Shown: piece after piece, positions 36,113 to 47,897 of the stretch
How the letters are laid out: each line of letters starts with the position of its first letter
How positions within the stretch are numbered: position 1 is the stretch's first letter
NCBI RefSeq assembly: GCF_947568905.1
Contig: NC_079164.1
Location: 103,974,001 to 104,038,000, forward strand
From: Ostrea edulis
Lineage: Eukaryota
Length of the DNA stretch: 64,000 nucleotides
Reading direction: 5' to 3'
Position numbers and translations under genes: made by a program
The notes under the pieces: generated by a model
The model's database searches: none
Seen by the model: the letters and a program-made list of their open reading frames with translations, nothing else
What the model was told of the DNA's origin: nothing

Positions 36113-37840
36113 TTTTATGCCCCCCTTTGAAAAAGAGGGGGCATATTGTTTTGCAACAGTCGGTCGGTCAGTCCGTCGGTCGGTCTGTAGACCACATGTT
36201 GTCCGCTCAATATCTTGAGAACCATTCGCTTGATGATATTGATATTTCATATGTGGGTTGGTTATGAGTGGAAGATGACTCCTATTGTTTTTCAGGTCAA
36301 AAGGTCAAGGGTCAATCTACTCTGGACATAGGAATATAATGTCTGCTCAATATCTCGAGAACCCTTTGCTTGAAAGACATCAAACTTGGCACACTGGTAC
36401 ATCCTAACGAGTAGATGACACCTATTGATTTTGAGGTCATATGGTCAAAGGTCAAACTGGGCATAGGAATATACTGACCATTCAATGTCTAGAGAACCCT
36501 TTGCTTGACAGACATCAAACTTGGTACACCAGTACATCTTCAGAAGAAGATGACCCCTATTGATTTTGAGGTCACATGGTCAAAGGTCAAGGGTCAAACT
36601 GGACATAGGAATATACTGTCCGTTCAATATATTGAGAACCCTTTTCTTGACATCAAACTTGGTACACTGATACGTCTTCAGGAGAAGATGACCCCTATTG
36701 ATTTTGAGGTCACATGGTCAAAGGTCAAGGGTCACACGGGACATTGGAATATACTGTCCGTTCAATATCTTGAAAACCCTTTGCTTGACAGACATCAAAC
36801 TTGGTACACTAGTACGTCTTCAGGAGAAGATGATCCCTATTGATTTTGAGGTCACATGGTCAAAGATCAAGGGTCAAACTGGACATAGGAATATAATGTC
36901 TGCTCAATATCTTGAGAACCCTTTTCTTGACAGACATCACACTTAGTACACTGGTAGATCTGCAGGAGAAGATGACTCGTATTAATTTTGAGGTCACATG
37001 GTCAAAGGTCAAACTAGACATGGGAATATTCTGTCTGCTCAGTATCTTGAGAACCCTCTTCTTGACAGACATCAAACTTGGTACACTGATACGTCTTCAG
37101 GAGAAGATGACCCCTAATGATTTTGAGGTCACATGAGCAAAGGTCAAGGGTCAACCTGGGCATAGGAATATACTGTCCGTTCAATATCTTGAGAACCCTT
37201 TGCTTGACAGACATCAAACTTGGTACACTAGTACATCTTCAGGAGAAGATGATCCCTATTGATTTTGAGGTCACATGTTTAAAGGTCAAGGGTCAACCTG
37301 GACATTGGAATATACTGTCTGCTCAATATCTTCAGAACCCTTTGCTCGACAGACATCAAAGTTTAAATAGTACACTGGTGTATATTCAGGAGAAGATGAC
37401 TCCTATTGATTTTGAGGTCACATGATCAAAGGTCAACTGGACATAGTAATATACTGCCCACTCAATATCTTGATAACCCTTTTACTTGACAGACATCAAA
37501 CTTAGTACATTGGTACATCTTCAGGAGAGGATGACCCATATTGATTTTGAGGTAAAAAGTCAATAGTTGAACTGGACATAGTAATATATTGTCTCCTATA
37601 TTTTAAGAATTATTTGCTTGATTGACACGTACCAAACTTGGTACACTGGTACAGCATAAGGAGTAGATGACCCCTATTGAATTTTAGGTCACATGGTCAA
37701 TTCACTCTTAACATAGGAAGATATTGTCTGCTCAATATTTTGAATTGATGATAATACTATCAATTAAATGAGGTGTGTGTATAACCCTTTTCAATTTTGC
37801 ACCATGGGGGGCATATGTGTTTTACAAACATCTCTTGTTT
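36113..37840 (+). mobile_element. Helentron/DINE-like element with (GTCG/GTCC) microsatellite and ~135-140-bp tandem monomers
   Basis: 5' tttttatgccccc...gggggcata hairpin, gtcggtcggtcagtccgtc tract, about 10 monomers containing gacatcaaacttggtacact, 3' ggggggcatatgtg...ctcttgttt. Explains the repetitive ORFs at 36505-37425. Confidence 0.75.
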
Positions 37841-37988
37841 AAGAGTGTCCTACAACATTCTTACCATTTGTTAATTATTCCCCTTTGAAGGGATCATGAT
37901 AACTTGAATACCCTTTACACCAGGATGATTGGTGCCAAGTTTGGTTGAAATATACGGTCCATTAGTTCTGTAGAGGACAGTAAAGAGA

Positions 37989-38098
37989 GTATACTGCCTC
38001 GCTAGAGAGCTAGTTTTTCTAGTGATAAGTTAAAGCAACGGCGAGCGTGATTAGGCCTTGAATGGGTGACCGCTACACATTATAGTTCTTAAGTAGAC
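37989..38098 (+). pseudogene. 5S rRNA-derived fragment (5S pseudogene or SINE3 head)
   Basis: aagttaaagcaacggcgagcgtgattaggccttgaatgggtgaccgc (38027-38073) resembles the internal control region of invertebrate 5S (AAGTTAAGCAACGTCGAGCCCGGTTAGTACTTGGATGGGTGACCGC, recalled from memory); the 5' half is more decayed. Confidence 0.6.
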
Positions 38099-39139
38099 GA
38101 TGTGAAATGTGCAAATGACAAAGTTTGATCAGCTCTTGAGAGCTAAAATGATCACATGAATACATAAAGATTTTAAGATACCATAGTGTCATCATTATTC
38201 CTCGAATGTTGTCTTGTTGTACATGTATTTGTGGACGAGCAAGATTACAAAATCAAGTAATGAACAAAGTAGCAATGAAGGTGAAAGAACATCTGTCCAC
38301 AACACAGGCTCCAGATGTTTTAAATATATATAATAAAAAAAGCTGTCTTCCTGTAAATAAACTATTCACAGTTTGTTTACAGGAAGGCAACTTTTTTTAT
38401 TATATAATTATTTAAAACGTTGAGAGCCTGTGGTTCACAATTATATAAAATTAGTTCTGACTGATCCATGAAAGAAGGGTGACTTTATCGAGCCGAGAAC
38501 CCACAGAAGGACAAATATCAAAGTTATAATTGAAAATCTCCAGAAAAAGAAAAATTTGCATTCTAGTCAATCCAGTTTCCAAAAATTCTTTACGATGTGC
38601 TCATTTCAAAGGAGCATTGAAAAAATTCTATTGAAAATCACATATACGCGAAAAACGCACAAAATAACAGTAAATTTGACTTTTCCAAGCAGATTCTCAT
38701 GTGAAGTGGGCCAAGTCTCCATTGTGAACTGAGTAAATATATTAGTTCATGTTCAGGTGTAAAATATTTTGTAAATAAAAGTATGGAGACTTGACCGACT
38801 GTATGAAAAAACTTACTTCTTGTGTACAACTTTTGTCGTATTATCAAGAAAATTTCCATGTCCACGTCGGGTGACTTTAGATAGCTTGAATTCGAAAATT
38901 CTTCATGTGATGGATAGCCAAGGTGGTTTAACGACAGTCTCATTGAAGTTTTGCACAGGCCCAGATTGCACATCTGTGGTTCAAATACCAATTTTTCCTA
39001 CTTCTTTTTTTATGAATTATTAGACTTCCCATAATTATTTGTCTCAGGAATTTTATGCTAAGTTTTACTCATAGCATGCAGTCTTAATGATGATCACAAA
39101 TAATTGATTCCAACATGTAGCTAGTGAATAAATGTAAAG

Positions 39140-39690
39140 AAATATGGGGCCTCCTGTGAAGTATGGATGTTGTTTGTGTAAACGCCAACCTACATATAAA
39201 GGAAAGTTAAAGAGAACAATTTCAACAATGCTTAAGAAGTTACTTGAAGAGATCATGACAAAGGTCAAATATGCAACCAGTGCAGACTGTCTAAAAGGCA
39301 CAGTGTACTACAGTTCAGTACAAAAACAAATAAAGTGTCTGTTTCTGTCCCATTTGTATTTGCTGGGAAATCTAACAGCAAATGTGTGTACTGTAACTGT
39401 AAAAACGGTCTCAGAGTTGTACCAAAAGAGGCGAGAAGTGATATTTTTATATTCGGTATATTCGTACCAGTAGGTTGTAAATGCTGTTCAAAACATTTGT
39501 TGGGGAAAACTGGATCCAAATCAAAGCATTAATACTACACCATACAGAAAATGCTATTCCACATTTGATTTACACCATAAAACATCCGAGGTTTCTCATT
39601 CACATCAGTTAATATGTCAATGGAAATGTGAAGCACGTACTGTTGGATGTTGTGAGCATATATGCAGTATTATTAGGTACCTTAGGTACT
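39140..39690 (+). mobile_element. Internally deleted ISL2EU/Harbinger-like transposase remnant (METTL9 intron 5)
   Basis: Cys-rich N-terminal pieces (CCLCKR; GKSNSKCVYCNC...VVPKEARSDIFIFGIFVPVGCKCCSKHL) lie close to a SWIM-like C-terminus (CQWKCEARTVGCCEHICSII). No DDE core and no TIRs were found. Confidence 0.45.
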
Positions 39691-40049
39691 CCAGGGATCA
39701 GTGTATTGTGTGTATGTTATAAATTATATAATCCACTTAATGTCGGATATACATAATGCTGCCTGTGAAACAAATTCTGATTATGATTAAATATTCTTTG
39801 AAGTATGATCTATATATTTGTTTTTAATTCTAAATATTTTGGACAGTGTTTTAGTACGGTACTGTATCTATTGTAAATACGGGTACCATCAATGTGGATT
39901 TTATACTTCGCGACCAGTGCCCAATCACGAATAGGTTTATTGTTCGCCAAGTTCACCCATCCTCTTTAATGCTCTTGAAATTAAGGAAAACCATAGAATT
40001 AATTTTTCCTCATAAAGCTGGTAATTATTATAAATCTTTTCTGTTTCAG

Positions 40050-40258
40050 ATTCCAAAGATCACGTACCTGAAGAAAATATACTCATTCAGGGACAGAGTT
40101 TTGAGGAACAAATTCAATTCTTTATCACCAAGGTGTTTGAACCAGCTGGATTTCATGTAGAAAAATTTAGCAGACTGCCTTACCTATGTGAAGGTGACCT
40201 CCACCAATCATTTTATGTACTGGACGATGCAGTGTTTGTGATAAAACCAAAACTGTGA
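40050..40258 (+). CDS. METTL9: METTL9 exon 6 (terminal)
   Basis: DSKDHVPEENILIQGQSFEEQ...GFHVEKFSRLPYLCEGDLHQSFYVLDDAVFVIKPKL*; hallmark RLPYLCEGD...YVLDDAVFV. The corrected CDS is 963 nt (320 aa). Confidence 0.95.
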
Positions 40259-40865
40259 CAAAGCACTAAGCATGTGCAGCATGCTATTATGTAAACAAAG
40301 TGCCTTGAAATGGCTCCTTATAAATTTTAACTTTAAGACTTGTTCATTAATTAGTTTCTTCTAGTGTGGTTGAGGTCTTTTCGTGAAGTTTGTGCTTTGA
40401 AGATAATAGTACCACACCTTATTATGCAATTTTGTTCACAAGCACTGAACAAGATGCTGAATGATATTGTGTGGAATGAGATAAAATACATTACTACAAG
40501 TTTACAGTGCTAAAATATGAAGGATTATTGACATTGGATATTTACTGTGAACCGCTTTGAATTTACTCAGGTTCATTCCAAAGTTTTTCTAAATGGAATA
40601 TTTATATATAATCCGTTTCAATCAAGGCTTTACTTCTGCTTCATGTAATGGCTTTAGTTGTATTTAATTTCATTGCATACATATCCCATAGCAAAAATAA
40701 AACTGCCTTGAAAATAAGCCTGTGTACAGTCTATGGGAGTTGTTTCACGTGGTTGATCTAAATATTTGCTTAGTTATATGTACAGAAGAAATCATGACTG
40801 CTTGTGTATTGAATCTAAAGTTATTCTCTCATTTTGAGAATTTCTTAACAACTGTATTCATTTGT

Positions 40866-40879
40866 TTTATTGAAATAAA
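40866..40879. terminator. Back-to-back polyadenylation signals TTTATT-GA-AATAAA between convergent genes
   Basis: Minus-strand AATAAA at 40866-40871 and plus-strand AATAAA at 40874-40879; an earlier plus-strand AATAAA lies at 40696. Confidence 0.35.
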
Positions 40880-41086
40880 ATATTTTAATAATGAATATAA
40901 GCTCTTCATATAATAAATGGAACAAAAAAGGAAAACTACTTGGATCATGCATGATGAAAAAAAAAAGACTTCTGTTGAAGGAATTTGTTACATGTACGTG
41001 AACAAAAGCAGAAGCATTATACAAAAACATGCAGTTCTTTGCTGGGTAATGTGCAGATCAAAATTTTCATTCTGTAAACCTGAGAG

Positions 41087-41166
41087 CTAAATCCAATCCA
41101 TTTCTTCATGAAAGCTTGCGATGAAGGACTTGTGTTTGTTTATTAGGGTTTCTGCATACCCTATTT
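41087..41166 (-). CDS. H2C2-domain gene, exon 5 (terminal)
   Basis: Acceptor ttttttcag; phase 1; KIGYAETLINKHKSFIASFHEEMDWI*. Confidence 0.65.
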
Positions 41167-41581
41167 CTGAAAAAAGAATTTTTTGATATAGACTGTTTTG
41201 TAACTTGAAACAAACCAATGCATATTAAAACTCAAATGCAGGTATTAGGCCAAAAACAATTAATTTGCATGTTTTTTTCAGAAATGGGTAGGTAGGTCAG
41301 ATTTGGTTTTTGTGTTTGTAACTCAAGTGGATATTTGAGGATACACGAAAAACCTGTGATACTGCCTACTTTTTGACGTCTTAAATTTTCTAGTGTTATC
41401 AAAATTTTGGAGGTAGACAAGGGCAGATAATTTAATTACGATAATTGGATCCTAATCCTCAGCTTTAAACAGTTTAAAGGATAGATTAATAGGGTATGTC
41501 AGGAAACCAGAACCATGCAATTATTTTTCTTTATACCTTATTTAAGTGATAAATCATTATTAGGGGTGGGGGTGGACTTAC

Positions 41582-41698
41582 TCTTTCTGAGCCTGTCCAT
41601 TGCATGGTAATCTGACAAAATGGATTTCATAACATCCATCCGCATATCCTGAATGGCGATCAGCAACCTTCCGTAATAGTTTTTCTCTGTCAGCATCT
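41582..41698 (-). CDS. H2C2-domain gene, exon 4
   Basis: Acceptor ttttccag, donor gtaagt, 117 nt phase 1-1; EMLTEKNYYGRLLIAIQDMRMDVMKSILSDYHAMDRLRK. Confidence 0.72.
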
Positions 41699-41809
41699 CT
41701 GGAAAATTTAAATTTAAACTATTATGAAATAGTTTACAATTCCTTTCATGCAACTGCAAAAAGCATTTTACATATTCTGCTTTCTGTGTCATAAATTTCA
41801 TATACATAA

Positions 41810-42805
41810 ACAAGTGGCCCATGGGCATCGCTCACCTGAGTCACCTTGTTCTTGCTTGTGATTTTTAACAGATTTTTTTTAACTCACATGAGCTGACAGC
41901 TCAAATGAGCTATTCTGATCACTTTGTCTGGTGTCTTCCATCCCTCCATCTGTCTGTATATTTTTAACCTCTTCTCCAGAACCACAGGGGTAATTTTTTT
42001 TCAGTCAAACTTGCTATAAAGCATGCTTGGATAAAGAGGATTCAAGTTTTTTCAAATACCATGCCCTTTTTGAAGGGAACATAATCAGGAATTAGTAAAA
42101 ATTTTGTGACATCTATTATAAATCTTCTCAAGAACCACTGGGCCAAATTCAATAAAAATTGGCACAAATCATCCTTGAGTGAAGGGGATTTAAGTTAGTT
42201 CAAATGAAGGGACATGCTTCCTCCACAGGGGAGATAATCAAGAAAAGGCGAAAATAAGGTGGAGTCATTTAAAAATCTCAAGAACCACTAGGCCAGAAAA
42301 GTTGAAATTATTGACTGCTTCCCGACATACCGGTAGTGTAGATTCAATTTCTTGTTCAAATCAAGGCCCCCGGGGGTAGGTTGGGGCCACAATAGGGGAT
42401 CAAAGTTTTTCATGGTGATTTATAGAATAACTCTTTAAAATATTCTCAAGAACAACAAGACCATGATTAATCATATTAATATGCAAGCATCCCCAGGTAG
42501 TACAGATTTAATTATTTTCAAATCATGATCACTGGGGGAGGATGGGGTCACAAATGGGGATCAAAGTTTTATATGAGTATAAATAGGCAAAATCTTTGAA
42601 AATTTCATACCGTGATTTTTTTTATCTTGTAATATTGTATCATGGTTATATCATATGACACTATGGGGCTACGTTGAGGCCACAATATGGCGTCAAGATT
42701 TTTCATGGGAATAAAAGTTGCAATTTTTTTTAAAAAATCACAATAGCTGAACAACATCAGGGCTAAGGTGACTTTGTGAGTGATTTGGCTCATGGGCCTC
42801 GTTTC
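41810..42805 (-). mobile_element. Helentron-like element with Cg170-like monomers, reverse orientation (a further + fragment lies at about 43090-43450)
   Basis: gagctgacagctcaaatgagct hairpin at the left; tttggctcatgggcctcgttt (reverse complement of the 5' motif) at the right. Confidence 0.6.
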
Positions 42806-43742
42806 AAGATTTAAAAGATTGTGGTGTGAAATGCAACATCTTTCCATGAGGAATCTAAATACAAAATACAATGTTTGAAAGCCCTACCTTAAATAGTTCA
42901 GGAGATATTTTTCATAAAAGACTTAAGTAGCCAGGTCAAACTCCCAAGATCAAACATTTGGTACCAATAAATGTCTTGTCACAAGGAATATACATATTTG
43001 AAACATGAAAGCCCTATCATTCCCCATTTAAAAGTTATGAGTGAGGTTAAAGTTTCGGATATACAGTGTAGCCCTACTACTTTTGGAATCCAGTGTATTC
43101 CTATATAAAACTTTGATCTCCAATTGTGGCCCCACCCTAGCCCTGGAACCATGATTTAAACAAACTTTAATCTACAGTATGTCAAAAGCTTTAATATATA
43201 GATTTCAACTTTACTGGCCCAAAGGTTCTTGAAGGTTTTTAAATGACCCCACCTTATTTTTTACTTTTATTATCTCCCCTTAGGAGACACAACTCTTCAT
43301 TTGAACAAACTTGAATTCACTTCATCCAAGGGTGACTTATACCAAGTTTGATTGAAATGGAGTGAGTGGTTCTGGAGAAGCAGATGAAAAAGTTAAAAGT
43401 GAACGACAGAATTGCCAAACAAATTCCGATCAGAAAAGCTTACTTGAGCTTTTGGTTTAAGTGAGCTGAGAACAACTACTGTAGAATCATTTAAATTCGT
43501 GGGGGCCAATTTTCGTGGATTGCTGAATGTTTACGGGTTCATGGGGACATAATTTTGTGGATTTATATATTTGTAAGAAAGATAACTCAGGAATGTTTGC
43601 TTTGTCTTTATTCGTTGAGGATGTAAATTTGTGGGTGAGGGGTACCTACGAATTCCACGAAAATTGAGCCACCACGAATTCTAATGATTCCACAGTACAT
43701 GTATACTGGAGTTACTTAATCATCTATTTACCACTACACTAC

Positions 43743-45482
43743 CTTCTGAGAAAGACCAGATAGCAGGACAGGGGATTGGACCAGGATCAGGCAACATGGG
43801 CTGTGCAGTTGTTTTATCCGAGTTTTGTATTGTTGCTCCTACGTGAATCTTCAAGTCTCGAGTGAACCTATCACCTCTTCCTGTGAAGTTTTCATTCATG
43901 ATTTGATTCACATCAAAAGGACATGATTCAGTCTGTTGAATGCTTTGTTGTCCTTCTGCATCAGATGACTTATTTACATACAGGATATCTTTATCACATT
44001 TCCCTGGACTTCCTGATATCTCTTTCTTGGATGTACCTCTGAAATCCACACAAGATGAGCCTCCATTTCTTGATATTGATTCTTCACCCAACAATGATGT
44101 GGCAGTGCTAAGTTGATCAGCTGGGGTAGATCTTTCATCAACAATGTAAGAAGTGTGAACATTGCTGGATTTATCGTGGATAGTGACATTACATTGTCCT
44201 TTGAAGTTAATATTCATGCTGGGGATCCTTAATCTATTGGTAAGTATTTTCTTCATCTTCTCTGGATTAACAACAATAATCTTCTTGAAGGTTTCATCAA
44301 GTTCATTAGAGGACTTGTCCAATTTTTCTTCATTTTCATTACCATTCTTTCTGTTGCTTTTCCCAACATTTGTATTTACTGGTTTTGGAGAAGCAAATTT
44401 CATTTGCTTTTTACCAGAATTCCCCTTATTGTCAAGTTTTTCTGGCTTTACTTTCAGTTTTTTCTTCACTCCTGATGAAGAGTCTTTCTTGACTTCACCC
44501 TTGCGTTTTTTAGCTGCCGTGGATAAAACACTGCTTGAATTTGTACTGTTGTCTGCTGCACTTTGAAGGTCTTTGTTTAGTTTTTCGTTCTTTGGTTTGA
44601 TTGGTGGTAAAACATTTGTGTGACTGGTGGAAATCATTATCTTTGGCTGTGACTGAATCTGGTCAGTGATTTTTGATTGATTGTTGATTGTGGACAACTT
44701 TGGGTGTGCAGTACTTTCCTGTAGATGAATAGCTTCTGTCTTCTCTGAAGCACTTTTAGTCATTTTTGCAGCTGTATCATCCTTAGCCATCAGAAGCGGA
44801 GCTGTGGTAAGAGTAGGCATTGATGTGGTGGAAGGTGAACACAATGTTGAAGTATTCAGGGACACCAGTGGAGTGGCCACAAAAGAGATGGAGAAACCAG
44901 TCGGTGAGGAAGAATTGGGCACTTTAACATAATACCCTAAGGCCGGGGCTCTTGGAGTCATCAGCGATCCCAGCTTTGAATTTATCCCCAACACCTTGGA
45001 TACAGTAGCAGAGCTAGCTTTTGAAATTGTTTGAGTGGAAGCTGGAATCTGTTTCACTGTGTTCCCAGAACTTGTGTATAAACTCTCAGTTGATTTTAAG
45101 TGTGTGTTGCTGAAAAATGGAAAGACGGAGACACTAACTGCATGGTGTAATAATGGCAATGAGAGCGACACATTTTGACCTGTACTGGTGATTACGCTTG
45201 GCTTTGTAGTCATCAACTGAGATAACAAAGTACTGTGGATGATCGGATGACTTTCTTTAACTTTAGTCTTATTTTTATTGGCTTCAGTCTGGTTCCAGTC
45301 AACTGGTTGCCCTCTTTGATTGGTACTGTCTGCTGCTGATGAAGTTGTCTGTGCACATTTCTCAGTTCCTAATCCACTGCTAGTGCTTGATAAAACTTTC
45401 TTCTTTTGACTTTCCAAATTTTGCTCCATGTTATTTGGTATGGATGCTGTGACAGTAGTTTGCTTTCCAGTCTTATTTGTAT
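43743..45482 (-). CDS. H2C2-domain gene, exon 3 (580 codons, Ser/Thr/Lys-rich low complexity)
   Basis: 1740-nt stop-free exon; acceptor tgtttaag at 45483, donor gtagtg at 43742, phase 1-1; basic cluster KKRKGEVKKDSSSGVKKKLKVK. Confidence 0.8.
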
Positions 45483-45508
45483 CTTAAACACAAATAGAAA
45501 TAGTTTAA

Positions 45509-45829
45509 GGATGTTCTCTACATCGTCATAATGGCTGACTTCCTTTTAAAACATGGATGAAAATATGAATATTAGTAATATTTGTCTATTCATTAAAAAC
45601 GTCAATGCCTAGCTGAGTAGCTCAGTAGGTTAGCACGCCGACTGCTGAACTGTAGATTGCGGGTTCGAGTCCAGCAGGGGTTTTAAATTTTTTTCAAATT
45701 GCTTTTGACTAAAACTGCATTTTTTGACTAAATTTTCAGTGAATTTTAAAAAATTTCAATTTCAAAATATTGTTGCACATATCCTCCACTTTTCATCCAT
45801 ATCAAATTTCTCTGATGTAGCATACCTCC
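45509..45829 (+). mobile_element. TTAA-flanked MITE (Kolobok-like) with an internal tRNA-like Pol III A/B-box segment
   Basis: TTAA at 45505-45508 and 45830-45833; imperfect TIRs ggatgttctctacatc / gatgtagcatacctcc; internal tagctcagtagg ... gggttcgagtcc. Confidence 0.8.
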
Positions 45830-45949
45830 TTAAATGACATTCTTATTTCATGTATACATTTAATTTTCATATTTTTAACATGTATTATAATGAATTCATT
45901 CTGCAATATGGATTTTGAGCTATTCTTTTTCAATTTTAATTTATTACAT

Positions 45950-46084
45950 TGTAGTATAGGAGGAGGAGAAAATCTTTGGCTGGATCGGGAATCGAACCCG
46001 GGACCCCTGCATTACTAGTCAGGTGCTCTAACCACTGAGCTATCCAGGCTGATATCCACGGTCCATATAGCCCTAATTACTACA
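45950..46084 (-). mobile_element. tRNA(Thr)-containing solo LTR (Helenus-type TRIM-like)
   Basis: TGTAGTA...TACTACA termini; exact 4-bp TSD ACAT (45946-45949, 46085-46088); minus strand TAGCTCAGTGGTTAGAGCACCTGACTAGTAATGCAGG...GGTTCGATTCCC. Confidence 0.8.
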
Positions 46085-46446
46085 ACATAATTTTAAAAAC
46101 TATGGATCTGGGTCATGACACAACCTCTGACTTGAGTCAAAGAGGAACCCTCAGGTCAATTTTAAGGGGATATAATTCTGATGTTTTTTATGTCACTGCG
46201 CAACTCGAACTAATGTACTTAGGTTATGGTTGTCGAGACAAACATCGATTATGACTTTAACTTAAGTCATATTTTTAAAAATAACGGTAATCATCCAACT
46301 TGTTACAAAGTTATGGTTTGGATGTGACTCACACTGACAAGTATATACCCCTCCCACTAAACTTCATTTGCTCATATACATTGTGAACATTTGAACAATA
46401 TTTATTATAGTTGATAGCAATACATTTATTCATTTCTACATCTTAC

Positions 46447-46576
46447 CAGCTAAGATTCCTTCCTTAAGATTACCAGATTGAAACCCCTCACAAATGGGAC
46501 AGTTTCTTACAACTCCTCTTACAAACTCTTCACTCATTCCAAAGTTTCTTCGTCCAAAAGTATATGTTTTCTGAAT
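46447..46576 (-). CDS. H2C2-domain gene, exon 2
   Basis: Acceptor ttgcag, donor gtaaga; IQKTYTFGRRNFGMSEEFVRGVVRNCPICEGFQSGNLKEGILA supplies the CxxC that completes the H2C2 motif; phase 0 to 1. Confidence 0.82.
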
Positions 46577-46635
46577 CTGCAATTTAAGACATTAAAGTGA
46601 GTTAATACATAATATGCAAATACATATTTTATGGG

Positions 46636-46697
<62 letters not shown>

Positions 46698-47490
46698 TAT
46701 GGAATCTGAATCATTAAAATTTGTGTGGACCAGCCACCAATTTTTGTAAGATTGCCAAGATTTTACAGTTTCGAGGGATGCTGCATGATCATGGATATGT
46801 TTTCAGTACCTATACATTAAAATATCATGTAAATTTTGTTGATTTGAAATTCGTGGGACGAGTCTCTCAAAAATTGAGTCACTTCAAAATCTTACAATTC
46901 CACAGTATTTCTATCTGATACATAGCATTCCAGTCATAAAAATGATCTTTAAATATAATTTACATTTTTTGCCTTTGATATATTTAGCAATACTTTTTGA
47001 AGTGATAGTTATTTCCTCATGAATGTGTCTGTTGTAAACAATACACATAATATGCCATATGAATCTTGATAAATATAGTAAATAGTACATCTATTTTAAC
47101 GACTGGGAATTCTGACGGAAAAGAAAGTAGAATGTAATTTTATACACTTGAGGGTATGAACTGCAACACTTCATGCTGGCAAGCAAGCCCCGCTGTAAAA
47201 TGGCTGAAATATTGCCAAAACAGCATAAAACCATATGCAAATCTTTACCCAAGCTTGCTTTGAGGCAGTATAGCTGATATTAGCCCATTGGTTTGAGAAG
47301 TCAAATATCTTAAGTTTATGGATGGATAGACGGACACCAGACAAAAAGTGATCAGAAAAGTTCACTCATGACATGTGAGCTAAAAACTACAAAAGCCACG
47401 GAGAATTCTACTTGGGTTTTTCCCCATAGATGGTGGGTCAAGAGCCATAACTTTAGTAAAGTGTGAATTCGGTCAATATTTCCTATGAAC

Positions 47491-47624
47491 TGTAGTATAG
47501 GAGAGGAGAAAATCAATGGCTGGACCAGGAATCTAACCAGAGACCCCTGCATTACTAGTCAGGTGCTCTAACCACTGAGCTATCCAGGCCGATAACCATG
47601 GTCTGTAGAGCCCTTACTACTACA
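47491..47624 (-). mobile_element. tRNA-containing solo LTR, same subfamily as 45950-46084
   Basis: TGTAGTA...TACTACA termini, degraded B box; the flanks (gaac/taat) give no TSD. Confidence 0.7.
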
Positions 47625-47897
47625 TAATGTTAGTGAAGGAATCTCTGCTAAATACAACACTATCCATGGAAAGGAAAATTTGTTACATTTAGTAATAAAG
47701 TAATATTATTTTTGAACAAAACTAGGCCTAGTCTATTTGAATTCCAAGTCTTTGAGGGCTTAGAGGTCCGCTTTGAGGGCTAAACTGGCGACTTTCAGGG
47801 CTAGTATTATTACTTTACAGGCTAAATGGCTACTTCCATTTTTATTTTTATTTTTTTTGGTAAAAAAAATCAAATATAAACATACTTTGCTGCCCAC

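Noticed and set aside
36505-37425. Repetitive ORFs (MTPIDFEVTWSK...)
   Set aside because: Translations of Helentron-borne satellite monomers.
43974-44566. Alternative-frame and antisense ORFs overlapping the large exon
   Set aside because: Shadows of the 580-codon exon; no independent start, splice or family signal.
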